Shown: piece by piece, positions 36,247 to 45,007 of the stretch | Layout of the letters: each line of letters opens with the position of its first letter | Numbering within the stretch: position 1 is the stretch's first letter | DNA from: a virus | Virus record (IMG/VR): IMGVR_UViG_3300025870_000011 | Coordinates: 5,780-69,779 of that record | DNA: 64,000 nt | Direction: 5' to 3' (one strand) | Position numbers and translations under genes: made by a program | Notes under the pieces: generated by a model | Database searches by the model: none | Seen by the model: the letters and a program-made list of their open reading frames with translations, nothing else | Told to the model about the DNA's origin: nothing

Positions 36247-36676
36247 AGATGCTTTGCTTGCTATTCGTGATTTGTTAGATTCCGATTGGAATGTTTCGCC
36301 TAAGCCATCCATTGAGGATATTACGGTTTTAGATCGGGGCGAAGGTAAGAGAACTCGTTTACAAGATCATGATGTGATTCGTTTGTTTGAAACGGCTCAT
36401 AATGAAGCACAGCCTGAGTTGTTATTCGATTTTGTAAATATAAATGTCAATCTAACAATCGACATAAGGACTGTAAAAGGACGTGAAAGATTAGCAAAAT
36501 TAAGAGATGAGGTACGGCGAATACTTCATAAGCATAGAAAAGGCAGTAATAATGACTTTGATAGGGTTATCTTCAAGACGAGAACCGATTTGTCTGATCG
36601 TAGTAAGAGGTTCTTTAGATACACTATGCAAGCAGAAGTAGTCATCTTTGCAGATCCGTTAGAAACAATAATATGA
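36239..36676 (+). CDS. putative tail terminator/completion protein
   Basis: 145 aa just before the tail tube; 'LTIDIRT...LRDEVRRIL' alpha/beta pattern. Confidence 0.55.
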   Translation: MAKDALLAIRDLLDSDWNVSPKPSIEDITVLDRGEGKRTRLQDHDVIRLFETAHNEAQPELLFDFVNINVNLTIDIRTVKGRERLAKLRDEVRRILHKHRKGSNNDFDRVIFKTRTDLSDRSKRFFRYTMQAEVVIFADPLETII

Positions 36677-36686
36677 GGAATGAAAG

Positions 36687-38870
36687 ATGGTTGGAACAAT
36701 TTTCAAGGGTGACGTAGCCGAAGTGTCTTGGGGCAAAGAAACAGGATTGATGGTTACTGGAACAGGATCAGCGACTGGATTTACACATACCTCAACATCT
36801 GATGGTTCGAGCGTCATTACGGTTGGAACTGCAACATATTGGCATACTGGATCGGGAACTGTTGTAGAAATACCAGATAACGCTCTTGTAGGCTGTATTG
36901 TTCGTATTACAGGCGGATCAAACTTTAGTTCTGATGATTACGCATCTACACGCCGAGCATATTACATTACTGCTAATGATACTACTACTGGAACAATTAC
37001 AGTTCAACCTGCATTAGTTACTGGAACGACAGTACATGGCGCAGCAGACGATTTGATTATTTTAGATTCATTACGATCTCCAACCTTTGAATCAGCCATG
37101 ACTGATGCAGCACAACAGGTCAAGACCGATCAGTTCTTTGGACTTCTTGACAACTTCTCTCTCCCTGAGCCTGAGATTGATGTTCGCAAACAACACATTG
37201 TCGGCATGGGTCGTGATGTAAACGTTCTCACAAGTGGTCGTGAAACCCTCGCTGGCGGTTCTTTCGCTCTCAATGCTCATACTCTCCGTTGGATGAGGTA
37301 TGCGCTTGGAGGCCACGTAGCAAAGAGCAAAGGCGAGTTTGTCACACTTTCCGATAACTCAGGCGGCATTACAGGTGGAGAGCAACCGCTTAACATCGCC
37401 GCCGCAACTAAAGTCTATCAGGCACAACAATACGGGACAGCCGACACCGATACCCTTAGTGCTGTTTCATCAAGCACTTTGACAGGAACAAGCAGTTTGG
37501 TATCGGGGGATCATGTTCTTGTTGGAGCAAAGACCAACACTTCGACAGATGCAGCAAGTGTGATTACACTTCTCACCGACCCTCCCGCCGACACTCACGT
37601 ATCGGTTGATGCTACAAATGGAGGCATATTCAAAACCCTAAGCGGCACAGGCGAAGTTTTGTTTGGATCATATACAGGCATTTCTACACTAAATCTAACA
37701 GGGGCGGCAGATATTGATACTGGCGCATTAGCAAGAGCAGTAGTAGCAGGGAATACCGTCTATCTCCTTGCCCCTCTTACTGCCGCCGTATCTCGGAGAG
37801 ATGTTCGAGTAAAGGTTGGTGCAACAATACGGGCATTATTCACAGCAGGAGATTACATTCAAATCATTGACAAAGATACTCATTCAATACCAGGACAAGA
37901 TGCAACTTTGCCGACAGTATTCAAAAATGAGATTCGTAGAGTTATTGCTGTTGATGGAGATTACGTGTATGTCGAAGAACCATTCTTTTTCGCTCACGCC
38001 ATCGGTTCAGCAGGTGTTGAAAGACTTCAATATACAACTTCTGATTCAAGAGGTAGCCCAAACATTGGAGGAACAACCAAAGAACTTCAATTCGGCGTTG
38101 AACACACCTTGTTTGGAGATACCGCTTTGCCTACTTTCATGATCGAGCAATCATTTAGACGAGATAATGCAACACCTGGAAGTGAACAATTGCTTCGTCT
38201 TTACAATGGCTGTAAAGTCAATTCATTATCCTTTAGTGCAAATACTGAGGGTGAGATAAAGTTGCAGGTTGAATATGAAGGAGGCCGACATTACACCGAT
38301 ACAGCAAATGCCTTTACACCTCACCGAATGTTTGAGAATACTGCTAACACAGCAATCAACAGAAAGGCATCAGGTATTGCTATCAATGGTGAAAAGCCGT
38401 ACCTCTTCCAAGATCTCAACTTTGAGGTTTTTGGACGACCAGTATTGCGAGCCACACAAGTTGAATTTGGAATTAGCAATTCAAACCAAGCACGTCATTT
38501 CATTAGAGGTTATAGCGGCAACACGACAGACAACGATCAAGTTCAACTCGCAGGTGTTCAGATGCCACTTGACATCACAGAAGCACAACGAGAATACACT
38601 TTTTCGTTTAGTGCAATGATTGAAGATGACCAACTATGGGAACAAATAAGAACTCGAAAGCATCATCAAAACACAAATGACATTACTTTGACAATGAAGA
38701 AGCGTGGCAGCAATAGCACACGTGAGAATGCAACTATCACAATTGAAGATTATACCATAGTAAAGGCGGATCATCAAATTCCTGATGATAAGGGTGCAGT
38801 TATTGTTCAAGTAGAATTGGCTGTTCGACATCTCAAAGTTGTCGAAAACTCACCATATTTCACGCTTTGA
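36687..38870 (+). CDS. tail tube (major tail) protein with inserted beta-domains
   Basis: N-terminal EVSWGKET; 'LPTFMIEQ...YNGCKVNSLSFSANTEGEIKLQVEYEG' and 'REYTFSFS' are siphoviral tube patterns; lies upstream of the chaperones and TMP. Confidence 0.75.
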   Translation: MVGTIFKGDVAEVSWGKETGLMVTGTGSATGFTHTSTSDGSSVITVGTATYWHTGSGTVVEIPDNALVGCIVRITGGSNFSSDDYASTRRAYYITANDTTTGTITVQPALVTGTTVHGAADDLIILDSLRSPTFESAMTDAAQQVKTDQFFGLLDNFSLPEPEIDVRKQHIVGMGRDVNVLTSGRETLAGGSFALNAHTLRWMRYALGGHVAKSKGEFVTLSDNSGGITGGEQPLNIAAATKVYQAQQYGTADTDTLSAVSSSTLTGTSSLVSGDHVLVGAKTNTSTDAASVITLLTDPPADTHVSVDATNGGIFKTLSGTGEVLFGSYTGISTLNLTGAADIDTGALARAVVAGNTVYLLAPLTAAVSRRDVRVKVGATIRALFTAGDYIQIIDKDTHSIPGQDATLPTVFKNEIRRVIAVDGDYVYVEEPFFFAHAIGSAGVERLQYTTSDSRGSPNIGGTTKELQFGVEHTLFGDTALPTFMIEQSFRRDNATPGSEQLLRLYNGCKVNSLSFSANTEGEIKLQVEYEGGRHYTDTANAFTPHRMFENTANTAINRKASGIAINGEKPYLFQDLNFEVFGRPVLRATQVEFGISNSNQARHFIRGYSGNTTDNDQVQLAGVQMPLDITEAQREYTFSFSAMIEDDQLWEQIRTRKHHQNTNDITLTMKKRGSNSTRENATITIEDYTIVKADHQIPDDKGAVIVQVELAVRHLKVVENSPYFTL

Positions 38871-38909
38871 TTATGAGGCTTTAAGTTAAAAGAATACAAC
38901 GGTGATACA

Positions 38910-39245
38910 ATGCGACTTACTGGAACGATAAATGTTGATGGAAAAAGAGTGTCTTTAGACTGGAAAATAAACGGAGTATCTGTGGTTGCAGGACCTGGAT
39001 TATCTGCTGATGACGTAAAAGTTCACACTTATTTGCCCGATCTCAAAAATGCAACAGAGGATAACACCCCTCTCGCAGAAGTTACAACAAACCGTTGGGA
39101 TGCTTTAACCGTAACAGAACTCCGTGTCGAATTACAAAATCGAAGTCTTACAGTAACAGGTAACAAAGCAGACCTAATTGCACGTTTGTTGGAACACGAC
39201 AATGACGAAGATGATCTTGAAGGAGATGAAGAGGATGTCGAATAA
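38910..39245 (+). CDS. SAP-domain protein
   Basis: WDALTVTELRVELQNRSLTVTGNKADLIARL is a canonical SAP pattern. Confidence 0.8.
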   Translation: MRLTGTINVDGKRVSLDWKINGVSVVAGPGLSADDVKVHTYLPDLKNATEDNTPLAEVTTNRWDALTVTELRVELQNRSLTVTGNKADLIARLLEHDNDEDDLEGDEEDVE

Positions 39246-39588
39246 TCCCTTTGTCCTAAGCAATACACCTCAAAGACATGAACTTCAAACACCAGTAGGT
39301 GAACTCGTTGTTTATGTAAAACCACTTTCATGGGTGGCTCAACAAGAAGCAATGTCTAATTTTGTTTCATTTAAGACTGGTTCAGATGGGGAAGTTAGCC
39401 CCAACATTGATCTTGGCGGTTATTGGAAATACGTTCTTATCAACTGCATTGTCAAAACGGAACCTGTTCTTTCTAAGAACGATCTTCTCAACCTCACTCC
39501 AGAAGCAGGAGATGCAATCAGAACAGTATTACCAGATCTGAATGACATCATCTCCAAGTTTGCGGGTGGTGTAAGCCCTTTGGGTTAA
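39235..39588 (+). CDS. tail assembly chaperone (gpG-like)
   Basis: Between tube and TMP; ends at slippery heptamer C CCT TTG. Confidence 0.7.
   Translation: MSNNPFVLSNTPQRHELQTPVGELVVYVKPLSWVAQQEAMSNFVSFKTGSDGEVSPNIDLGGYWKYVLINCIVKTEPVLSKNDLLNLTPEAGDAIRTVLPDLNDIISKFAGGVSPLG
39576..39582 (+). promoter_or_regulatory. -1 programmed ribosomal frameshift site CCCTTTG
   Basis: X XXY YYZ in the correct phase; the -1 frame is open (PFGLSYEDLVSFLDE) into ORF 39603-39956. Confidence 0.75.
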
Positions 39589-39602
39589 GTTATGAGGACT
39601 TA

Positions 39603-39956
39603 GTGTCCTTCCTTGACGAAGATTTAGATCCAAGCGAAAAACCCGATCTCAACATACAACAAGCAACTATATTGTCTTACCAGGCAATTACATTTTCACT
39701 TGGAACGCATTTTAACTGCCCCCCTCATTTTTGGGATAATTTGCCCTCTGATCGGGTTATGCTCGATTATATGATTATGAGAGCCGCCAATGAGAAGAAG
39801 GCGGAGATGATTGACCGTATGCAAAAAGACGCAGAAAGACAGATGAAGAATGGAAGAGGCAATAAGGGACAACCTATACGCACAACAAGCGATGGCGAAG
39901 CGTTAGATGATTTCTTTGAACGTCATAATGCAAAATTAACGGGTGATGAATTATGA
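39603..39956 (+). CDS. tail assembly chaperone extension (gpT-like, probably expressed as a G-T fusion)
   Basis: 'LGTHFNCPPHFWDNLP' resembles gpT segments; in the -1 frame relative to the upstream gene. Confidence 0.65.
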   Translation: MSFLDEDLDPSEKPDLNIQQATILSYQAITFSLGTHFNCPPHFWDNLPSDRVMLDYMIMRAANEKKAEMIDRMQKDAERQMKNGRGNKGQPIRTTSDGEALDDFFERHNAKLTGDEL

Positions 39957-41380
39957 GCGATGAACTCAATAATTTTCTTACATCTCAAAGCAAACTCAAT
40001 ACTCTTGTAAAGGATCAAGGTAAATCGATCAACATTCTAAACATGAAATATAAGGTTCTGAATAAGGTTTTAGGACCATTTTACAGATTGTTTGTCGATG
40101 TATCAAGCAAAATAGAAACAACAAAAGATGTTTTTGAAGAATTCACAGGCGCAACAGAAAAAGTAGGAGAGGCAACTGAGAAAACACTGGGTCCGTTAGG
40201 GAAACTTCTTGGATTTTTTACAAAGATCAACACAATAATGATTTTTGTTTTGGGCGCATTTGCTCTGTTAGGCATAGGCATATTGTTGCTTTCTAAACAC
40301 TTAGGAGGTGGTGAATCGGCTCTTGGGGCTTTCAACATGGTTATGGAGGCAGGTAAAGGATTAGTAGATGCATTTATTGGAGTCATCGGAACTATTGCAG
40401 GAGTCATTGCTGGATTGGATTTCTCAGCATTTGGAGGCGACTTTATGCCTGTTCTTGAAACTGTTTTTGCTGTTTTGGGCGGGATCTTGACATTATATAT
40501 CACATTTATCACCACAGTATTGGAAGGTATTGGGCAGATTGTAGAACGCATGGGGAAAGAAGGTATGTTACAACGAGTTGTTGATGCCTTTGCTACATTC
40601 TTTGGACTTATTGGTATGGCATTGGGCATCATTCTTGGGGCTTTCAAAGAAACTGGTTTAACAATGGATGATTTAATCTCAGGAATTGAAAATACAGTTC
40701 AGTATTTTGTTGATTTCTTATTCAGTAGCGGGATATTAGATTTTGCAGTTCAAGTGATCGAGTATGTTGGTGTAATTTATGGAGTAATAGCAGTTGTAGC
40801 CGCAAGCATCATTGCACTTTTCATTAAAATTTGGGCGAAATTAGGACCTCATATCATTAAATTTGTTAAGGCTTTCTTTGATTTCTTAAACCCAATTATT
40901 CGCATAATTACAGGTATTTTAGGCGTTGTTATGAGATTGATAATGGGGTTAATTGGATGGCTCATGCCATACTTCCAAATGGCAATGGATGGGATTATGG
41001 TCATTCTTGATCCCGTTATTACTGTTATAGAAGCCATCCTTGATGGTGCATCTGCTGTTCTTGACATCGGAGGCAGTATATTGGGAGGTGCTGCCAGTAT
41101 GATGGGCTTTAGTGATGGTGGGGTGGCAAGCGGTCCGAAAAGTGGCTATCCAGTAGCACTACACGGAACAGAAGCCGTAGTCCCTCTTCCTGATGGCCGC
41201 ACAATCCCAGTATCTATCAAAGGGGGAGCAGGAGGCGGATCATCAAACACGAACAACATCACAATCAATGTAAGTGGTGGAGGAAACGCTAAAGAGATCG
41301 CAAAAGCCGTCAGCGATGAAGTGACTAAGGTTATGCGAAATCGTTCAAGAGGCGGAAGTTTCACAAGAGGGGTGATCTGA
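39953..41380 (+). CDS. tape measure protein
   Basis: Amphipathic/hydrophobic helical repeats; C-terminal FSDGGVASGP...LHGTEAVVPL...ITINVSG as in TMP ends. Confidence 0.8.
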   Translation: MSDELNNFLTSQSKLNTLVKDQGKSINILNMKYKVLNKVLGPFYRLFVDVSSKIETTKDVFEEFTGATEKVGEATEKTLGPLGKLLGFFTKINTIMIFVLGAFALLGIGILLLSKHLGGGESALGAFNMVMEAGKGLVDAFIGVIGTIAGVIAGLDFSAFGGDFMPVLETVFAVLGGILTLYITFITTVLEGIGQIVERMGKEGMLQRVVDAFATFFGLIGMALGIILGAFKETGLTMDDLISGIENTVQYFVDFLFSSGILDFAVQVIEYVGVIYGVIAVVAASIIALFIKIWAKLGPHIIKFVKAFFDFLNPIIRIITGILGVVMRLIMGLIGWLMPYFQMAMDGIMVILDPVITVIEAILDGASAVLDIGGSILGGAASMMGFSDGGVASGPKSGYPVALHGTEAVVPLPDGRTIPVSIKGGAGGGSSNTNNITINVSGGGNAKEIAKAVSDEVTKVMRNRSRGGSFTRGVI

Positions 41381-42627
41381 TGCCAATGATACAACTGATC
41401 CGTAGAGATAGCACAATCATTGAACTCGAAGCAACCGATATAAATTTTTCAATTCAACGAACTGTTTTGGTTCATCCCATTCCTTTGATTGCTACACGTG
41501 CGGCTCTCGATCTTAATCAGCCTCAAGTTGGCATCACAATCAATGGCATCATTACTGATGATGAAGAAGCAACAGGTAGTGCTTCTGCTGAAATGGCTAT
41601 TGATCTATCTTTGGCTTTTGGAAGTGCAGGGGCATCATCATGGTATGCATCACTAAACACTACATGGGCGGGTGTCAAAACAGAAATGGATGGCGTGACA
41701 ATCATATTCAAAACGAAAGGACAAATTGATGCCGATCTTGGAGAATCTATTGAATTACAATTAAAGAATGGATCTGGAGTGAATGTTGTTGCTACAAAAA
41801 GCATCATTTATGCAGATATTTCTTCGACTACAAATACCAGTGGGGTGTCAAGCGCAATCAAAACAGCGTTAGAAGCCGCCAATATCAAAGTTGATGCTGC
41901 AACAGTAGCCTTTACAACTGAGGCGACTGTATCTACAAAAGCAGGTCAAGCCGCATCAGTTTCTTATTTTAACCAAAATGGTTCAACAGGAAAATATGCC
42001 GATGAGATGTTAATTATCTCAAATAAAGCAACAGGCGTAACAGGAAATTCAAGCACGTCTGTAAAGAAAACAACTAATTCAATACAAGCAGCCTGGATTA
42101 AGCAATTTTTTGTTACCAACATAACAGGTGGAGTGACTGGCGTAAAGATGACGCGCGGAGATAAATTACAGGATCTTATCAATTCTATTACAAATCCAAG
42201 TGCAGGAGGTGCTTTGATTAGCCCACAGGTTTTGACAGGATCCTTGATTGATTTACCTGATTCTATTGCTTCTTTTGATTCTGCACAATTTTTACAAATA
42301 GAGAATGCAAAAGCCGTTAAGAAATACATCATAGGTGTCAGAATACCATATGAGTCAATTGTTTCTTCGACAACAGGTAATCGAGAGTTGAGGCAATTCT
42401 TGATACCTGCGGGTCCAGGAACAGATCATTCGGCTGAATCTAATACAGAACCTTTCGATCCTGTTGAAATAATTAACAATAAACCAGTAAGGCCAAATCC
42501 GTTTCTTCGTCAAGGCGTAGCCATACCTGCTGTTGTTCAAACATTTGATCCAAGTTATGAAGCGGGAGATTCAGTGTGGACTTATCAAATAACTCTTAAC
42601 CCAGTTGAACAGTTGGTGGGATTGTGA
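41380..42627 (+). CDS. distal tail (Dit-like) protein with insertion
   Basis: Position after TMP; N-terminal 'LDLNQPQVGITINGII', C-terminal 'YEAGDSVWTYQITL'. Confidence 0.5.
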   Translation: MPMIQLIRRDSTIIELEATDINFSIQRTVLVHPIPLIATRAALDLNQPQVGITINGIITDDEEATGSASAEMAIDLSLAFGSAGASSWYASLNTTWAGVKTEMDGVTIIFKTKGQIDADLGESIELQLKNGSGVNVVATKSIIYADISSTTNTSGVSSAIKTALEAANIKVDAATVAFTTEATVSTKAGQAASVSYFNQNGSTGKYADEMLIISNKATGVTGNSSTSVKKTTNSIQAAWIKQFFVTNITGGVTGVKMTRGDKLQDLINSITNPSAGGALISPQVLTGSLIDLPDSIASFDSAQFLQIENAKAVKKYIIGVRIPYESIVSSTTGNRELRQFLIPAGPGTDHSAESNTEPFDPVEIINNKPVRPNPFLRQGVAIPAVVQTFDPSYEAGDSVWTYQITLNPVEQLVGL

Positions 42628-42628
42628 A

Positions 42629-45007
42629 ATGGGGTTACACAAAATTACCAGCAATGCCATACGCTTCAATGGCTTCACAGACGGAATTGTAGTTCCAACT
42701 GGTCAATTCAAGGAATCTGGTGTTAATCTATTACACCCAACCTATTCAGGAGGGTCAGCCACTCTCAAAAGCGATGCGACTAAGATCGGGAGATTGCATC
42801 TTCCAACTGAAACGAATCCCCTAAATCGAATTTTAAGTGCCTTTACTATTGATGCTTTTGTTGTTCCAAATTATGGAGGAACTGTTGTGGTTAAACCTAA
42901 TTGTTTTGAATTGAAAGTTGGCGACCCATTCAAAAACGCCCCAATTGAATTTACTATTCATTGCATTGGTCGTGTTTTTAGACTAACAACAACCTTTGAC
43001 ATCAATACGTTAAGAGAGTCGCATTCGGGAACTTATGGAGGTGGTGAGCATTTACCAAATGATATTTCAGAAGGAGCGCAACCTTTGATGTTAGTTACGG
43101 CGCAATTTACAGGCGATGAAATGAGAGTTTATGTAAATACAAATCTTGTCGGTAAGTTGAATTTAATTGAGCAACGTATTTTGGATAACGTATCATCAGA
43201 CTTTTTTATTGGAGGCAGAGGTGGAGAATTTCGAGGTATCATCGAAAGTGTGCGGATCAACAGGGGGGAAACCGTTGCTTCTCTTTCACCATTGGCTGTG
43301 ACCGATCAGACCATTGGCCTTTGGGATTTTGAAGATGAGATGCACATACCCGATATTCACTTTTTTGACAATGCTAACGAAGCATCGGCTACACAAGGCC
43401 GTGATGGTAATTTGAATCGAAAGAGTCTTTTTGAAACTCCTTTGGTATGCGTGGCTTATGATTTTCAGAACATCAATGATTTAGGATATTTTAAGATCTA
43501 TGAAAGACCTGAACATCCAAATGATAATGATGACAACTACACGGCTTTAGAGAAATTAGCCGCAATAGCCACAGGAATACCCTTATCAGACATCAAAAGG
43601 CAAACATGGTACTCTACCTCACTAAACCTAAATGCGTACACATACGGGACAAATACAGGGTCTTTGGATTATCTTACGTCTGATAGAATCAAGCATTCTT
43701 CGTTAAACGGAGTTGTTAATCAATCAGGAACTCACCCCTTGACTGGATTGACAAAAACAGCAAGTGGCCGAACACAAGATATTACGAATGGTACAGATGT
43801 GTTTCTTGCCAACATATCAGACTTAGATCCTATGGTTAATCCGATTGAACGTATTAGAATACTATCTTTGGATTTTGCCAACAATAGAGTGATTTGCCAA
43901 TCAGTTCATTTACAAAATGACACCTCTGTATCGGCAACAATAGAAAACCACCCTAAAGGACAAGGTTTCATTTTCGACCATGCCGATGGAACGCCTGTTT
44001 GGTTTGTTTTGGGCAATGCCGATTTGGTTATAGATCCTGGTAATAAGTCTACATCGGTATCAGTAGCAAATCAGGTAACTCGGCAAAAAGATGCATTTAC
44101 AAGATCAAGATTCACACAAGGGCAACGCTTTGAAGATCGTAGTGGCAATCGCAATACTGCTTTCTTTGTTTCAAAACAAAGCCGAATACCATCCACAATT
44201 GGAAGTTCTGCCGCTACAACAGAAGCACCCGATCCAGATCCTCCCTTCCAAAGCGATATGATTATGTGGTTGCCAGTCAATGCATTAACAGGTTATTCTG
44301 ATGGCGGAACAGTAACTCACGTTCCTGATTATAGCGGGAATGGATTTGGAGTGTATGCTGTTGGAACTTGGGCGTATCAAGCCCAAAGTGCTGAATTCAA
44401 TTCATTCCCTTCGCTTAAGATCACGTCAAGCAATGGGGCTTTAGTGAACATAGGAACAAACGATGGTGAATCAAAACAAATTACGCATCAGACTGGAACA
44501 GATGGATTTACTGCATTTTGGATGATCCATTCGAGTGCCGCATTCAACCTTTCTTCAACTTATGACTTGATCGGTGAAAACGCAAGCACTAACAAAACCT
44601 TCTTTGGAGGTGGAACAGTAGCAAATCGGGTAACTCTAACAAATAACGGAGTTACTACAACATTGAGTCTTGCACGTGGAGGGACGGGTGCGGGTTCGAT
44701 ACAAACACCTGGATTGCTCTCAATCACCTTTAATCACACCACTAACAATGCGGTAATTCACCGCTTTGCTCAAGAGATGGGTACTTTTGTTGCTAAAGTT
44801 GTTAATGATTATCGTTTTGATAACGCACTTTTTGGTTTATTCGGAAGGGCTTTATCTACCGACCCTGCCGCTAAAACAGGAACGGCAAGCAACAAAGCCC
44901 CTCAAAACACCGAATTTGCAGAATTTATTCTGTATGATCGAGTTTTGACTGATGCTGAAAGACAACAAGTGCAAGGTTATTTCCTCGACAAATACACGGT
45001 GATTTGA
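42629..45007 (+). CDS. tail tip protein with two LamG/ConA-like domains
   Basis: 'FTIDAFV...FIGGRGGEFRGIIESVRI' and 'FAEFILYDRVLTDAERQQVQGYF'. Confidence 0.7.
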   Translation: MGLHKITSNAIRFNGFTDGIVVPTGQFKESGVNLLHPTYSGGSATLKSDATKIGRLHLPTETNPLNRILSAFTIDAFVVPNYGGTVVVKPNCFELKVGDPFKNAPIEFTIHCIGRVFRLTTTFDINTLRESHSGTYGGGEHLPNDISEGAQPLMLVTAQFTGDEMRVYVNTNLVGKLNLIEQRILDNVSSDFFIGGRGGEFRGIIESVRINRGETVASLSPLAVTDQTIGLWDFEDEMHIPDIHFFDNANEASATQGRDGNLNRKSLFETPLVCVAYDFQNINDLGYFKIYERPEHPNDNDDNYTALEKLAAIATGIPLSDIKRQTWYSTSLNLNAYTYGTNTGSLDYLTSDRIKHSSLNGVVNQSGTHPLTGLTKTASGRTQDITNGTDVFLANISDLDPMVNPIERIRILSLDFANNRVICQSVHLQNDTSVSATIENHPKGQGFIFDHADGTPVWFVLGNADLVIDPGNKSTSVSVANQVTRQKDAFTRSRFTQGQRFEDRSGNRNTAFFVSKQSRIPSTIGSSAATTEAPDPDPPFQSDMIMWLPVNALTGYSDGGTVTHVPDYSGNGFGVYAVGTWAYQAQSAEFNSFPSLKITSSNGALVNIGTNDGESKQITHQTGTDGFTAFWMIHSSAAFNLSSTYDLIGENASTNKTFFGGGTVANRVTLTNNGVTTTLSLARGGTGAGSIQTPGLLSITFNHTTNNAVIHRFAQEMGTFVAKVVNDYRFDNALFGLFGRALSTDPAAKTGTASNKAPQNTEFAEFILYDRVLTDAERQQVQGYFLDKYTVI

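Noticed and set aside
36687-38870. Contractile tail sheath
   Set aside because: The size is sheath-like, but the motifs match a tail tube, and no separate tube or baseplate wedge genes were recognised.
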